Positions 8,774-17,109 of a DNA stretch of 28,998 nt are shown here, piece after piece. Each line of letters opens with the position of its first letter. The first letter of the stretch is position 1. The notes beneath the pieces were generated by a model, which did no database searches, was not told the origin of the DNA, and saw only the letters and a program-made list of their open reading frames with translations. Location of the stretch: the NCBI GenBank assembly GCA_029856105.1, contig JAHQWH010000135.1, forward strand, positions 1 to 28,998, read 5' to 3'. The translations under genes were made by a program, and so were the position numbers. This DNA is from Promethearchaeia archaeon. Lineage in GTDB: Archaea; Asgardarchaeota; Lokiarchaeia; Sigyniarchaeales; SOKP01.

Positions 8774-10177
8774 TTAAATTTTTGATTTTTTTTCTTGATG
8801 AATTTCGTCGCGTTTTTCTTTAATTTGTTTTAAATATTTACCATCTAAAGGGTAAAAATATATCGCAATAATAGCGATTAACAGAGATATTACGGGATAA
8901 ATGACCATTAAACTCCTTAGTTCAAATTCTGGGATGGTAATCGGATTGAATTTAGCCCAATCAGCAATAAGAAACACAGGTCCTATAATTAGAAAAACAA
9001 ACACAGTCGCAAATCGTTGAAAGAAGATGTTAATGCCGTAATATCCCCCTTCACGTCGTGTCCCTGTTTTTACTTCGTCTTCGTCCACAATGTCTGCAAT
9101 AATAATATCAATTATGTATAAAGAGCCAGCTAAACCTATTCCAATTAAGAAGAATACTATAAATGCTACTACTTCCATACCAGGCCCTAGAAAAAATAGC
9201 GGAATTAGAGTTATAATCCAAATTGTCATTGAAATTAACCACGATTTTCTCGGACCTAATTTTTGAACCAATGGTTTCCAAAGTATTGTCATAAAAAGTC
9301 CAGCAGATAAAAAACTAACGCCTAACAAAAGCGAGATCATGAAAGGGTCTTCAAAACCTAAAATAAATTCACCATAAAGGGGAGCTATCACAGGAATCAT
9401 CCCATAAACAAACCAATTAGCGATTTCTGCGGGAATGTAACGCATGAAGCTCTTGTTTTTAAAACTATATTTTAAAGTGTTGAAAAAATTAGGAGCACCT
9501 TTATAATCCTTGCGAAATTCTGTTCTTCCTTTTGGTGATAATATTAAGAAAAGTCCGCCAGCAATAATGACAATTATGGCAACAACTATTCCATAAGTAG
9601 GATATTCTCCAGGTAATGGGCTTGTATAGCTAGAAATAAACATGCCAGGCAAAAGGAAGGCTGCAAGCAATCCAACAATAGCAAAAAGTTGTCTTACATT
9701 ATTACCTTTCGCCCGTTCTTCCTCAGTTATAAAAATTTCTGGGTACAAAGAAGTATAATTTATGTCATACATTGTAAAAAATAATTCAAATACAATGATT
9801 ATAATCATAAAATATATGAAATTTATAGTAGGATCGGTGATACCTATTGAAGCTAGTGGTGTAAACAATAGAATCATAATCACTGCTATCGGAATTAAAG
9901 AAATCATGATCCAAGGGAATCTACGCCCCCATCTAGTATGAGTTTTATCCGATAAATATCCGATAAATGTGTCGTTAAAACTATTCCATATCGACCATAT
10001 GATAAAACCAAGAGAAATTAACACCAAGTTGATTCCAACGACAGCAAAGTAAAACGTAAAAGTCAAAAATGTAAATGCTTGGTAAGAGGCTATATCCGCG
10101 ATTTGGCCAATACTGTAGGAAACTGCGCGTTTATACGAAAATTTTGTTTTTTCAATTCTTTTTTCAGTTTCGCTCAT
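8774..10177 (-). CDS. MFS transporter, GPH (MelB/MFS_2) family; paralog of 5631..7022
   Basis: WNSFNDTFIGYLSDKTHTRWGRRFPW and ADIVDEDEVKTGTRREGGYYG motifs; clearly alignable to the upstream paralog. Confidence 0.93.
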   Translation of the reverse strand: MSETEKRIEKTKFSYKRAVSYSIGQIADIASYQAFTFLTFTFYFAVVGINLVLISLGFIIWSIWNSFNDTFIGYLSDKTHTRWGRRFPWIMISLIPIAVIMILLFTPLASIGITDPTINFIYFMIIIIVFELFFTMYDINYTSLYPEIFITEEERAKGNNVRQLFAIVGLLAAFLLPGMFISSYTSPLPGEYPTYGIVVAIIVIIAGGLFLILSPKGRTEFRKDYKGAPNFFNTLKYSFKNKSFMRYIPAEIANWFVYGMIPVIAPLYGEFILGFEDPFMISLLLGVSFLSAGLFMTILWKPLVQKLGPRKSWLISMTIWIITLIPLFFLGPGMEVVAFIVFFLIGIGLAGSLYIIDIIIADIVDEDEVKTGTRREGGYYGINIFFQRFATVFVFLIIGPVFLIADWAKFNPITIPEFELRSLMVIYPVISLLIAIIAIYFYPLDGKYLKQIKEKRDEIHQEKKSKI

Positions 10178-10380
10178 AAATTACCAATAAAATTTTTAAT
10201 TAAATTGATCTTATTTCTTTTCTTTCTTAATAAACTTTTATTAAAGTTCAAATTAATAACCTCTTTATTATCAAGAATTTTCATTATATCCCTCAAAAAT
10301 TACCTCTAAATTACAATAACATCTATATATCATTCATTAATTATTTACCCATAAGGATTAAGAAAAATTAAAACATCATA

Positions 10381-11229
10381 TTGGTGATTTCATTGAGTGT
10401 TAATATCCAATACATGAAACAATTATTCAGCATATACAGACGGCATTTCTTCTATTTGATGAAAAAAACCGTGCTTAATTTCTACTTTCAATTAACAACA
10501 ATGGAAGATCTCATAAAAAATATGAATTCAGTTCTTGAGCAAAATAACTCTTATATGACATATTTCATCGCATCTTATCTTCTTGAAGATCATCCTGAAA
10601 GAGTAGCTATTTTTAAAAATTCAAAGCATTTGGCCCTACCACATGGTTATAAACATTTCAATCTCCGAGAATGTTCTGAAAATCTAGCACTTCGCGAAAT
10701 TGTGAAAGCTAAGGAAATTTTTGAGGCTTCTGGACTTGAATCTTGGTGTTTTCGAGCCCCCTATGCCAGAAATACATTCAGTAATCTTGGAAAGAATAAA
10801 TTTTATCAAGTTCTCTATGAAACGGGTTATAATTGCTCAAGTTCCGAACTTAAAAATTCTCCGCCTTGGAAACTTATTAATTATAAAATTCCCGAATTTG
10901 TTATAGGAGGACCGAGGGATGATCAAATAATTGATAAATCAGGTATTTGGGATGTAAAAATTATCGCTAAAAAATTTATAAGATTAATTCTCAATACAAA
11001 AGGATCGTTGCTAATATTCGATATGCATCCTATTCGAATGGGGCAGAAAAGGTTCCTCCCCGCATTAGATGCGATCTGTAAATTTGCGAACAAGGATCCT
11101 AACTCCATCTTGATTGATTTTAAAACTGCAGTTAATTCATATCAGGAAGGTCAGAATGAAAATTTTATTTGCATTACTGGGGATATTGATACTTGGACAT
11201 ATTTTGATTACATCAAAAGATTAAAATAA
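10381..11229 (+). CDS. Polysaccharide deacetylase (NodB/CE4)-like protein; start probably TTG at 10393
   Basis: TYFIA, HGYKH, FRAPY, SSS and DMHP motifs; the acidic motif CITGDID is at the C-terminus; GGTGA at 10383-10387 precedes an in-frame TTG at 10393. Confidence 0.75.
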   Translation: MVISLSVNIQYMKQLFSIYRRHFFYLMKKTVLNFYFQLTTMEDLIKNMNSVLEQNNSYMTYFIASYLLEDHPERVAIFKNSKHLALPHGYKHFNLRECSENLALREIVKAKEIFEASGLESWCFRAPYARNTFSNLGKNKFYQVLYETGYNCSSSELKNSPPWKLINYKIPEFVIGGPRDDQIIDKSGIWDVKIIAKKFIRLILNTKGSLLIFDMHPIRMGQKRFLPALDAICKFANKDPNSILIDFKTAVNSYQEGQNENFICITGDIDTWTYFDYIKRLK

Positions 11230-11265
11230 TAAACAATTTAGATAATTGAATAAAAAATAAAAAAA

Positions 11266-11829
11266 ATGAGAAAGAGCATGACCAAATTATCGCGTGAGCA
11301 AGAATTAGAACTTCGAAAAAAACTAACCGAGATTAAAAGAAAGAGGAGAAAATCTCAATTTGGTAGATTAATGGTTCGATTAATGAATATTTTAGCAAGA
11401 CATGTGCCAGGCGGATATTTTAGAGCACGCTTGCATAAAATAAAGGGGGTTGTTGTTGGTGAAAATGTTTGGATTGGAGAAGAGGTTTATATCGATAATG
11501 AGTTCCCCTTTTTAATTTTTCTTGAGGATAATGTTGAGATCGCAGCTTATTCCATGATCATGGCACATAGCAGAGATCTTCATCTCCTAAAACCCGGAAA
11601 GTATGTATCAAACTTGGGATATCCTCCTTCTCCTGTTCGAATTAAGAAAGGGGCTTGGTTAGGATTACATAGTATTGTATTAGGTGGCGTAACCATTGGT
11701 GAAGGATCTGTAATAGCCGCAGGAGCAGTCGTTACAAAAGACGTACCAGACTTCGCTCTTGCAGGTGGGGTTCCTGCAAAAGTATTAAAATATTTACCTG
11801 GTTCTCCAAATTATGTAGAAAAAACATGA
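11266..11829 (+). CDS. Hexapeptide-repeat O-acetyltransferase (maltose/sugar O-acetyltransferase family)
   Basis: GVVVGENVWIG...PVRIKKGAWLG...GVTIGEGSVIAAGAVVTKDVP...GGVPAK signature. Confidence 0.9.
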   Translation: MRKSMTKLSREQELELRKKLTEIKRKRRKSQFGRLMVRLMNILARHVPGGYFRARLHKIKGVVVGENVWIGEEVYIDNEFPFLIFLEDNVEIAAYSMIMAHSRDLHLLKPGKYVSNLGYPPSPVRIKKGAWLGLHSIVLGGVTIGEGSVIAAGAVVTKDVPDFALAGGVPAKVLKYLPGSPNYVEKT

Positions 11830-11870
11830 GGGAGAGACAAATGAATGAATTCCTGACTAAATAATAAGAT

Positions 11871-12091
11871 TTGAATAGATTTAAACGAATTTTTGCCTTA
11901 ATTTGGAGTGGATTAGGATTTCTTTTTAATTTATTTTTTCTTCTGTGCGGATTTACATCTATTATCACTTACTGCTAATCGTTTTAGTAAAATTTTGGGA
12001 ATGTAAAAACTTGGAAAAGAGATTTGGAGAATCTTATAGAAACTATAAAAACAAAATTTCTTTTCTAATTCTTTTACCAGAAAAGCACTAA
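11871..12091 (+). pseudogene. 3' remnant of an isoprenylcysteine carboxyl methyltransferase (ICMT/PEMT-like) membrane methyltransferase gene
   Basis: Frame from 11951 reads IYIYYHLLLIVLVKFWECKNLEKRFGESYRNYKNKISFLILLPEKH*, matching the family C-terminal EExxLxxxFGxxYxxYxxxxxxxIP pattern. An upstream hydrophobic stretch (IFALIWSGLGFLFNLFFLL) is in another frame; no intact N-terminus. Confidence 0.65.
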
Positions 12092-12149
12092 GAAGAAACT
12101 TTTATTAAAGAAATTATTATAATCCTATACTGATATACTCCATAAATAA

Positions 12150-13610
12150 ATGGTTAAAATGGATTTAGAAAAACTCTTTAAACCAAAATCAATGGCAGTA
12201 GTGGGTATTTCAAAAAGAAACCCCCTTAGCCCAGGAAGAATTGTTTTATTAAAAAACGAGTTTGAAATGAATGTTGAGGTTTTTGGAATTTATCCAACGG
12301 GAGGGGATATTGAAGGCATTCAATTGTACGAAAGGTTAGATAAATTACCTGAGATTCCAGATCTCCTCGTTATTGCAGTTGGACCTGACGATACTTTAGG
12401 ATACATCCAAGACTGCGCAGATCTAGGGATTCCTTCAAGCGTGATAATTAGTGGCGGTTTTGCTGAAGTCGGGGGGAAAGGTAAGAAAAGACAACAAATG
12501 TTGGAGAAAATAGCTTTTGATAATAATATAGCCGTTCTTGGTCCTAATTGCATTGGAGTCTATGCTCCTCCTTTAGTAGATACCATTTTCTTACCTACAG
12601 AGCGTATCACGAGACCGCCGAAAGGTTCTGTGGCATTAATAAGTCAAAGTGGAGGAGTATTGGTGGACCAATTTTTCAATAAGTTCAAAGAGAGAAATAT
12701 AGGCGTATCTACCGCAGTTTCCATAGGAAATCGAGCGGTTGTTGACGAAACAATGCTATTAGAATATTTTAGCAAGGTCGACAAGGAAACAACAAACATT
12801 GCGTTCTATTTAGAAGGGTTTAAAGAAGGAAGAGCAAGAAGATTTTTGCAATTAGCAAAAGAATCAGAAGATACTGTTGTAACTTTCTTTGGAGGTAAAA
12901 CTAGGGAAGGAAAAGTAGCTACACAGTCGCATACAGCTAGTTTAGCCGGAAACTATAAAATCCTATCAGCAACATTGAGGCAATATCAAATTATACAGGC
13001 TAATTCTGAAAGAGAGCTATTATCGAGCTTAAAAGTCTATGATGTATTATCCCACAGAAAAAATCCGTTTGGGAAAAATGTTATAACCTATGGAGATGTC
13101 GTGATTGTGTCCGTTTCTGGAGGCCACGGAGTAATTGCATCCGATATGTTGAAAAATTATGGTTTGAATGCAGTTCGACTTGAAAGGCAAGAGAAGAAAG
13201 ACTTAAAAGAGCTTATGAATCCCGCTGCCCGAGAAATTGCATCTTTTAATAATCCAATAGATTTAACAGGTTCAGTGATCGATACCGATATTGAAGATAT
13301 AGTAAGATATTTATCGGATGTTGAGCGAATTGAGTGTATAATATTACTACTGCTTCCTTATCCTCCTAACATCTCGTTTCAAATAGGTCGAAGGATAGCT
13401 AATATTGTTTCTACAAAAAATAAGCCCGTCGTATGTTTTATTCCGTACGTTCCAAAATACGCTTTAATGATCGAATCCCTTGAACTCGCGTACATACCTA
13501 CTTTTCATTCCATTAAGGAAACAGTTCAAGCGGTTTCTGCGCTTAAACATAGAACGCGAATTGATAATGTTAAGAAAGGAAATCTTTTTTGGGACCAAAA
13601 CCCCAAATAA
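12150..13610 (+). CDS. acdA: Acetate/acyl-CoA ligase (ADP-forming) alpha subunit
   Basis: LFKPKSMAVVG, ISGGFAEVG, LGPNCIG, ISQSGG, SIGN, SHT phospho-His site, NNPIDLTG. Confidence 0.88.
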   Translation: MVKMDLEKLFKPKSMAVVGISKRNPLSPGRIVLLKNEFEMNVEVFGIYPTGGDIEGIQLYERLDKLPEIPDLLVIAVGPDDTLGYIQDCADLGIPSSVIISGGFAEVGGKGKKRQQMLEKIAFDNNIAVLGPNCIGVYAPPLVDTIFLPTERITRPPKGSVALISQSGGVLVDQFFNKFKERNIGVSTAVSIGNRAVVDETMLLEYFSKVDKETTNIAFYLEGFKEGRARRFLQLAKESEDTVVTFFGGKTREGKVATQSHTASLAGNYKILSATLRQYQIIQANSERELLSSLKVYDVLSHRKNPFGKNVITYGDVVIVSVSGGHGVIASDMLKNYGLNAVRLERQEKKDLKELMNPAAREIASFNNPIDLTGSVIDTDIEDIVRYLSDVERIECIILLLLPYPPNISFQIGRRIANIVSTKNKPVVCFIPYVPKYALMIESLELAYIPTFHSIKETVQAVSALKHRTRIDNVKKGNLFWDQNPK

Positions 13611-13718
13611 CTCTTAATTTATTTTTTTAAAAATTTATAGGAAAAAAGATTACAAATTTTCTTAAATTAAACTGTAATATAATAATTAAAGAATTTCGCT
13701 TAAAATGTTGATAAAAAT

Positions 13719-14597
13719 ATGGATAACCGTGTTGGATGGATAGGAACAGGCGTTATGGGTAAGTCTATGTGTGCTCATATTTTAAAAGCTGGATATAAAG
13801 TTTCAGTATATAATCGAACGAAAGAAAAAGCTAAAGAATTGATTGATATGGGCGCTGTTTGGTGTTCAAATCCTAAAGAAGTTGCTGAAAAGAGCGATAT
13901 CGTTTTTACCATTGTTGGCTTCCCTCACGACGTCGAAGAAGTTTATCTAGGTGAAAAAGGAGTTCTAAAAGCGATAAAAAAAGGGTCAATTATAGTTGAT
14001 ATGACAACTTCCGAACCTTCTCTTGCTCAAAGAGTATATGAAGAGGCAAAAAAGATAGGCACATCATCTATCGACGCCCCTGTATCTGGAGGAGATGTTG
14101 GCGCTAAAAACGGAACATTAGCAATAATGGCTGGTGGTGATAAAGAGACGTATGAAAAAGTATTCCCTTTTTTCGAGTTAATGGGTAAAAATATCGCATA
14201 TATGGGAAAAGCAGGAGCGGGGCAACATACTAAAATGAGCAACCAAATTCTCATTGCCTCTACTATGATAGGGGTTGTAGAGTCCTTGTTATACGCTTAT
14301 AAAGCAGGAAATGATTTAGGTGAAGTAATAAATGTTATTGGGAAGGGTGCTGCTGGTTGTTGGTCGATAAACAATCTTGGTCCCCGAATTGTAAAAGGTA
14401 ATTTCGATCCAGGCTTTTTTATTAAACATTTCATAAAGGACATGGGCATTGCGTTAAAAGAAGCGAAAAACTTGAATTTATCACTACCAGGTTTAGCTCT
14501 AGCTTATCAATTTTATATTTCAGCCACAGCTTTAGGATTAGAAAACCTTGGAACCCAAGGACTATACAAAGTTCTGGCTAAAATGAATGGGATTTAA
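13719..14597 (+). CDS. NAD(P)-dependent beta-hydroxyacid dehydrogenase (3-hydroxyisobutyrate dehydrogenase / 2-hydroxy-3-oxopropionate reductase family)
   Basis: GWIGTGVMG, DAPVSGGDVGA, GAGQHTKMSNQ catalytic Lys, KDMGIAL. Confidence 0.93.
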   Translation: MDNRVGWIGTGVMGKSMCAHILKAGYKVSVYNRTKEKAKELIDMGAVWCSNPKEVAEKSDIVFTIVGFPHDVEEVYLGEKGVLKAIKKGSIIVDMTTSEPSLAQRVYEEAKKIGTSSIDAPVSGGDVGAKNGTLAIMAGGDKETYEKVFPFFELMGKNIAYMGKAGAGQHTKMSNQILIASTMIGVVESLLYAYKAGNDLGEVINVIGKGAAGCWSINNLGPRIVKGNFDPGFFIKHFIKDMGIALKEAKNLNLSLPGLALAYQFYISATALGLENLGTQGLYKVLAKMNGI

Positions 14598-14629
14598 ATC
14601 AATTATATATCATTATTTTCTTTAATTAT

Positions 14630-15007
14630 ATTATACCCCCTATAATCGTTGAAATCTGTTTTTTATTTCTATTACTAATACAAACACTTCATATTTTTGA
14701 AGAATTAAGCATGGGGATCTATCAAACAATAGAATTTCTTACTATAAAGAAGTATCTTTTTGTATCCTCAATAATAACGAGTCTTTCAATGTTAACTTAT
14801 ATAGCTATAATATTAGAATTAGTTATTGGATACTTCTTCGGGATATTAGTCTCAATTTTCGGGATATTTAACTTTATTATTCATACATTAGGATTTATCA
14901 TGAAAAAAAAGACGAAAGGAACGATTGCTGCGGGTTTTTATACTGGGATCGTCTTAGGAATCTTTGGCGGCGTTAATTTATTTCTATTAATCCAGCTTTT
15001 AATATAA
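14630..15007 (+). CDS. HXXEE-motif membrane protein; true start is upstream of the annotated ATG (14711), probably non-canonical ATT/ATA
   Basis: In-frame upstream translation IIPPIIVEICFLFLLLIQTLHIFEELS-MG contains the HxxEE motif (HIFEE, 14690-14704). There is no ATG/GTG/TTG between the in-frame stop at 14579-14581 and 14711. Confidence 0.65.
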   Translation: MIPPIIVEICFLFLLLIQTLHIFEELSMGIYQTIEFLTIKKYLFVSSIITSLSMLTYIAIILELVIGYFFGILVSIFGIFNFIIHTLGFIMKKKTKGTIAAGFYTGIVLGIFGGVNLFLLIQLLI

Positions 15008-15047
15008 AAGCCGTAAGAATAAATAGACCACTCGTAAATTTAACGAT

Positions 15048-15170
15048 TTAGATGTGATTTTTTACTCTTTTTAATCGCATTCGAATTAACTTCTCGATTT
15101 CTTTTAACTTTTGCAGTTGAGTCTCCTCGCAGAAAGCGTAGGTTATCCCTCCAGCACCTGCTCTTGCAGC
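15048..15170 (-). pseudogene. C-terminal remnant of a second DEAD-box helicase
   Basis: Translates to AARAGAGGITYAFCEETQLQKLKEIEKLIRMRLKRVKNHI*, alignable to TARAGAGGTAYVFCEQQQRKDLKDIEKYIKMSVKVIKKHPYSH* of the neighbouring helicase. Shares gcacctgctcttgcag with the 15462 region. Confidence 0.85.
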
Positions 15171-15346
15171 TACTTTTCCATACTCTAATTAATAAGAGGC
15201 TCATTATAGCTTGTTAAAAAGACGGTCAAGATTTTAAGGATTTTATGGAAGAATTTAACAATTTTACAAAAAATACAACAAAAACACATCAAAAATCAAA
15301 AAAATAAACCAATAAAAAATGAACGAACTTAGAGGATTGAGAGTAA

Positions 15347-16780
15347 TTAATGACTATAGGGATGCTTTTTAATTACTTTTACACTCATTTTAATGTATTT
15401 CTCAATGTCTTTTAAGTCCTTACGTTGTTGTTGTTCACAAAATACATAAGCTGTACCTCCCGCACCTGCTCTTGCAGTCCGTCCAATGCGATGCAAGTAA
15501 GTATCTGGCACATCGGGCATGTCAAACTGGATGACGTGTGAGATGTCATCCACGTCAATGCCGCGCGAAGCAACATCAGTAGCTACTAATACTCGAGTCT
15601 TTCCGTTACGAAATGATTTAAGCGCAGCTTGTCGGGCAGTTTGTGATTTATTTCCATGTATGGGTAGGGCATTTATCTTCTTCCTTTGCAAGAACTTGAC
15701 AATTCTATTTGCACCGTGTTTGGTACGCGAAAAAACTAATGCTCGAGTGACGTTTTTATCTTTTAGTATATGTTCCAACAGTGCTTGTTTCTTCTGTTTC
15801 GATATAATGAAGGCAGCCTGCTTAATGATATCCAATGTAGGATTCTCGGGGGATATATTAATTCTGACGGGATTTTTCATAATATTTTTTGAGAGTTTTA
15901 TTATTTCATTAGGTATTGTTGCAGAAAAGAGCAAGGTTTGACGGTTCTCTTTAGGGATCAACGCGACAATTTTGCGAATATCGTGTATGAAACCCATGTC
16001 CATCATCCTGTCACCTTCGTCTAGAATCAAAACCTCAACATAACCGAGGTTTATATGGCCTTGCCTGATCAAATCAAGTAATCTACCAGGAGTTGCAACC
16101 AAAATGTCTACTCCCTGTTGTAACTTTTTCACTTGTGGGTTTTGTCCAACCCCTCCATAAACAACAGTATTTCTTAGTCCAGTATATTTTCCATAAATAT
16201 TAAAACTGTCTTTAATTTGGATTGCAAGCTCTCTTGTAGGAGCAACTACTAAAACACTGATTTTACGCTTGGTTTTCATGCTATTGTCGTTCTTTATACT
16301 AACTAATCGTTGCAAGACAGGAAGAGCGTAAGCAGCAGTTTTTCCAGTCCCTGTCTGAGCACAACCTAGCATATCTTTTCCATTCAATATAATAGGGATT
16401 GCTTGAGCTTGAATTGGTGTCGGAGCCTCATATCCCGAATCTCTTACTGCCTGTAAAATCTTAGAGTCTAAATCAAGATCAGCAAATTTTAAACCACTAT
16501 CAATTTGGTTGTATTGTAATGGTTTATTTTTTTTTGATATCCTAGATTGCACAACTTCTTCTAACCGTGTTACTTCAATAGCAGCAAGACCTTTTTTTTG
16601 TGGTTGAATTGTGAAAGTAAGACAATCACCACTGATGATACTATTATCTTCGTTTGGTTGCAGTGCAGTATGGTGTAAAAAAATATCCTTACCATCCCTA
16701 TCAAGGGTTATAAATCCAAACCCTTTCTTCTCATCATACCATTTGACCGTTCCGGTCATTCTTTGTGTTTCTTTTAACAT
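15347..16780 (-). CDS. DEAD-box RNA helicase (RhlE-like) with fused N-terminal cold-shock domain
   Basis: CSD: GTVKWYDEKKGFGFI...DIFLHHT. Helicase: Q-motif PTPIQ, AQTGTGKT, PTRELA, TPGRL, DEGD, SAT, HRIGRTARAG. Confidence 0.95.
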   Translation of the reverse strand: MLKETQRMTGTVKWYDEKKGFGFITLDRDGKDIFLHHTALQPNEDNSIISGDCLTFTIQPQKKGLAAIEVTRLEEVVQSRISKKNKPLQYNQIDSGLKFADLDLDSKILQAVRDSGYEAPTPIQAQAIPIILNGKDMLGCAQTGTGKTAAYALPVLQRLVSIKNDNSMKTKRKISVLVVAPTRELAIQIKDSFNIYGKYTGLRNTVVYGGVGQNPQVKKLQQGVDILVATPGRLLDLIRQGHINLGYVEVLILDEGDRMMDMGFIHDIRKIVALIPKENRQTLLFSATIPNEIIKLSKNIMKNPVRINISPENPTLDIIKQAAFIISKQKKQALLEHILKDKNVTRALVFSRTKHGANRIVKFLQRKKINALPIHGNKSQTARQAALKSFRNGKTRVLVATDVASRGIDVDDISHVIQFDMPDVPDTYLHRIGRTARAGAGGTAYVFCEQQQRKDLKDIEKYIKMSVKVIKKHPYSH

Positions 16781-17109
16781 TTTTATTCATACTATTCTTT
16801 CTTTTATGGGTATAACCTACTCATATATCATTGTTTTATTATGGATAAATCTATGAGCGGGAATATTCACTAAAATAATTAAATACCCCATCTCAAAGGA
16901 AGAAATTAGAATTGATGCATTTATCAAAAAAGCATCATTTAAATCGATGAATAAATCTTCAATATTAAGAAGTAATAATTACTAAAAAATAACCCAATAT
17001 TTAGTAAAAAAGAGTTACATCACCTTTATAGTTTAAGTATTCAAAAATTCAATAGTAAATATTTCAGATTTTCTCCCAGATAACCATTGAAAATGTTCTA
17101 CAATTATTA

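Noticed and set aside
11732-11968. Basic 78-aa minus-strand ORF superficially like a small ribosomal protein
   Set aside because: No real motif match; it overlaps the acetyltransferase and is antisense to the ICMT-like remnant.
15519-15941. 140-aa ORF antisense to the helicase, and other short ORFs nested in or antisense to long genes
   Set aside because: Fully contained within well-supported genes, with no recognisable motifs.
16914-16937. Short inverted repeat tgatgc/gcatca upstream of the cold-shock helicase as an RNA thermometer or operator
   Set aside because: Only a 6-bp arm; expected by chance and the transcription start is unknown.
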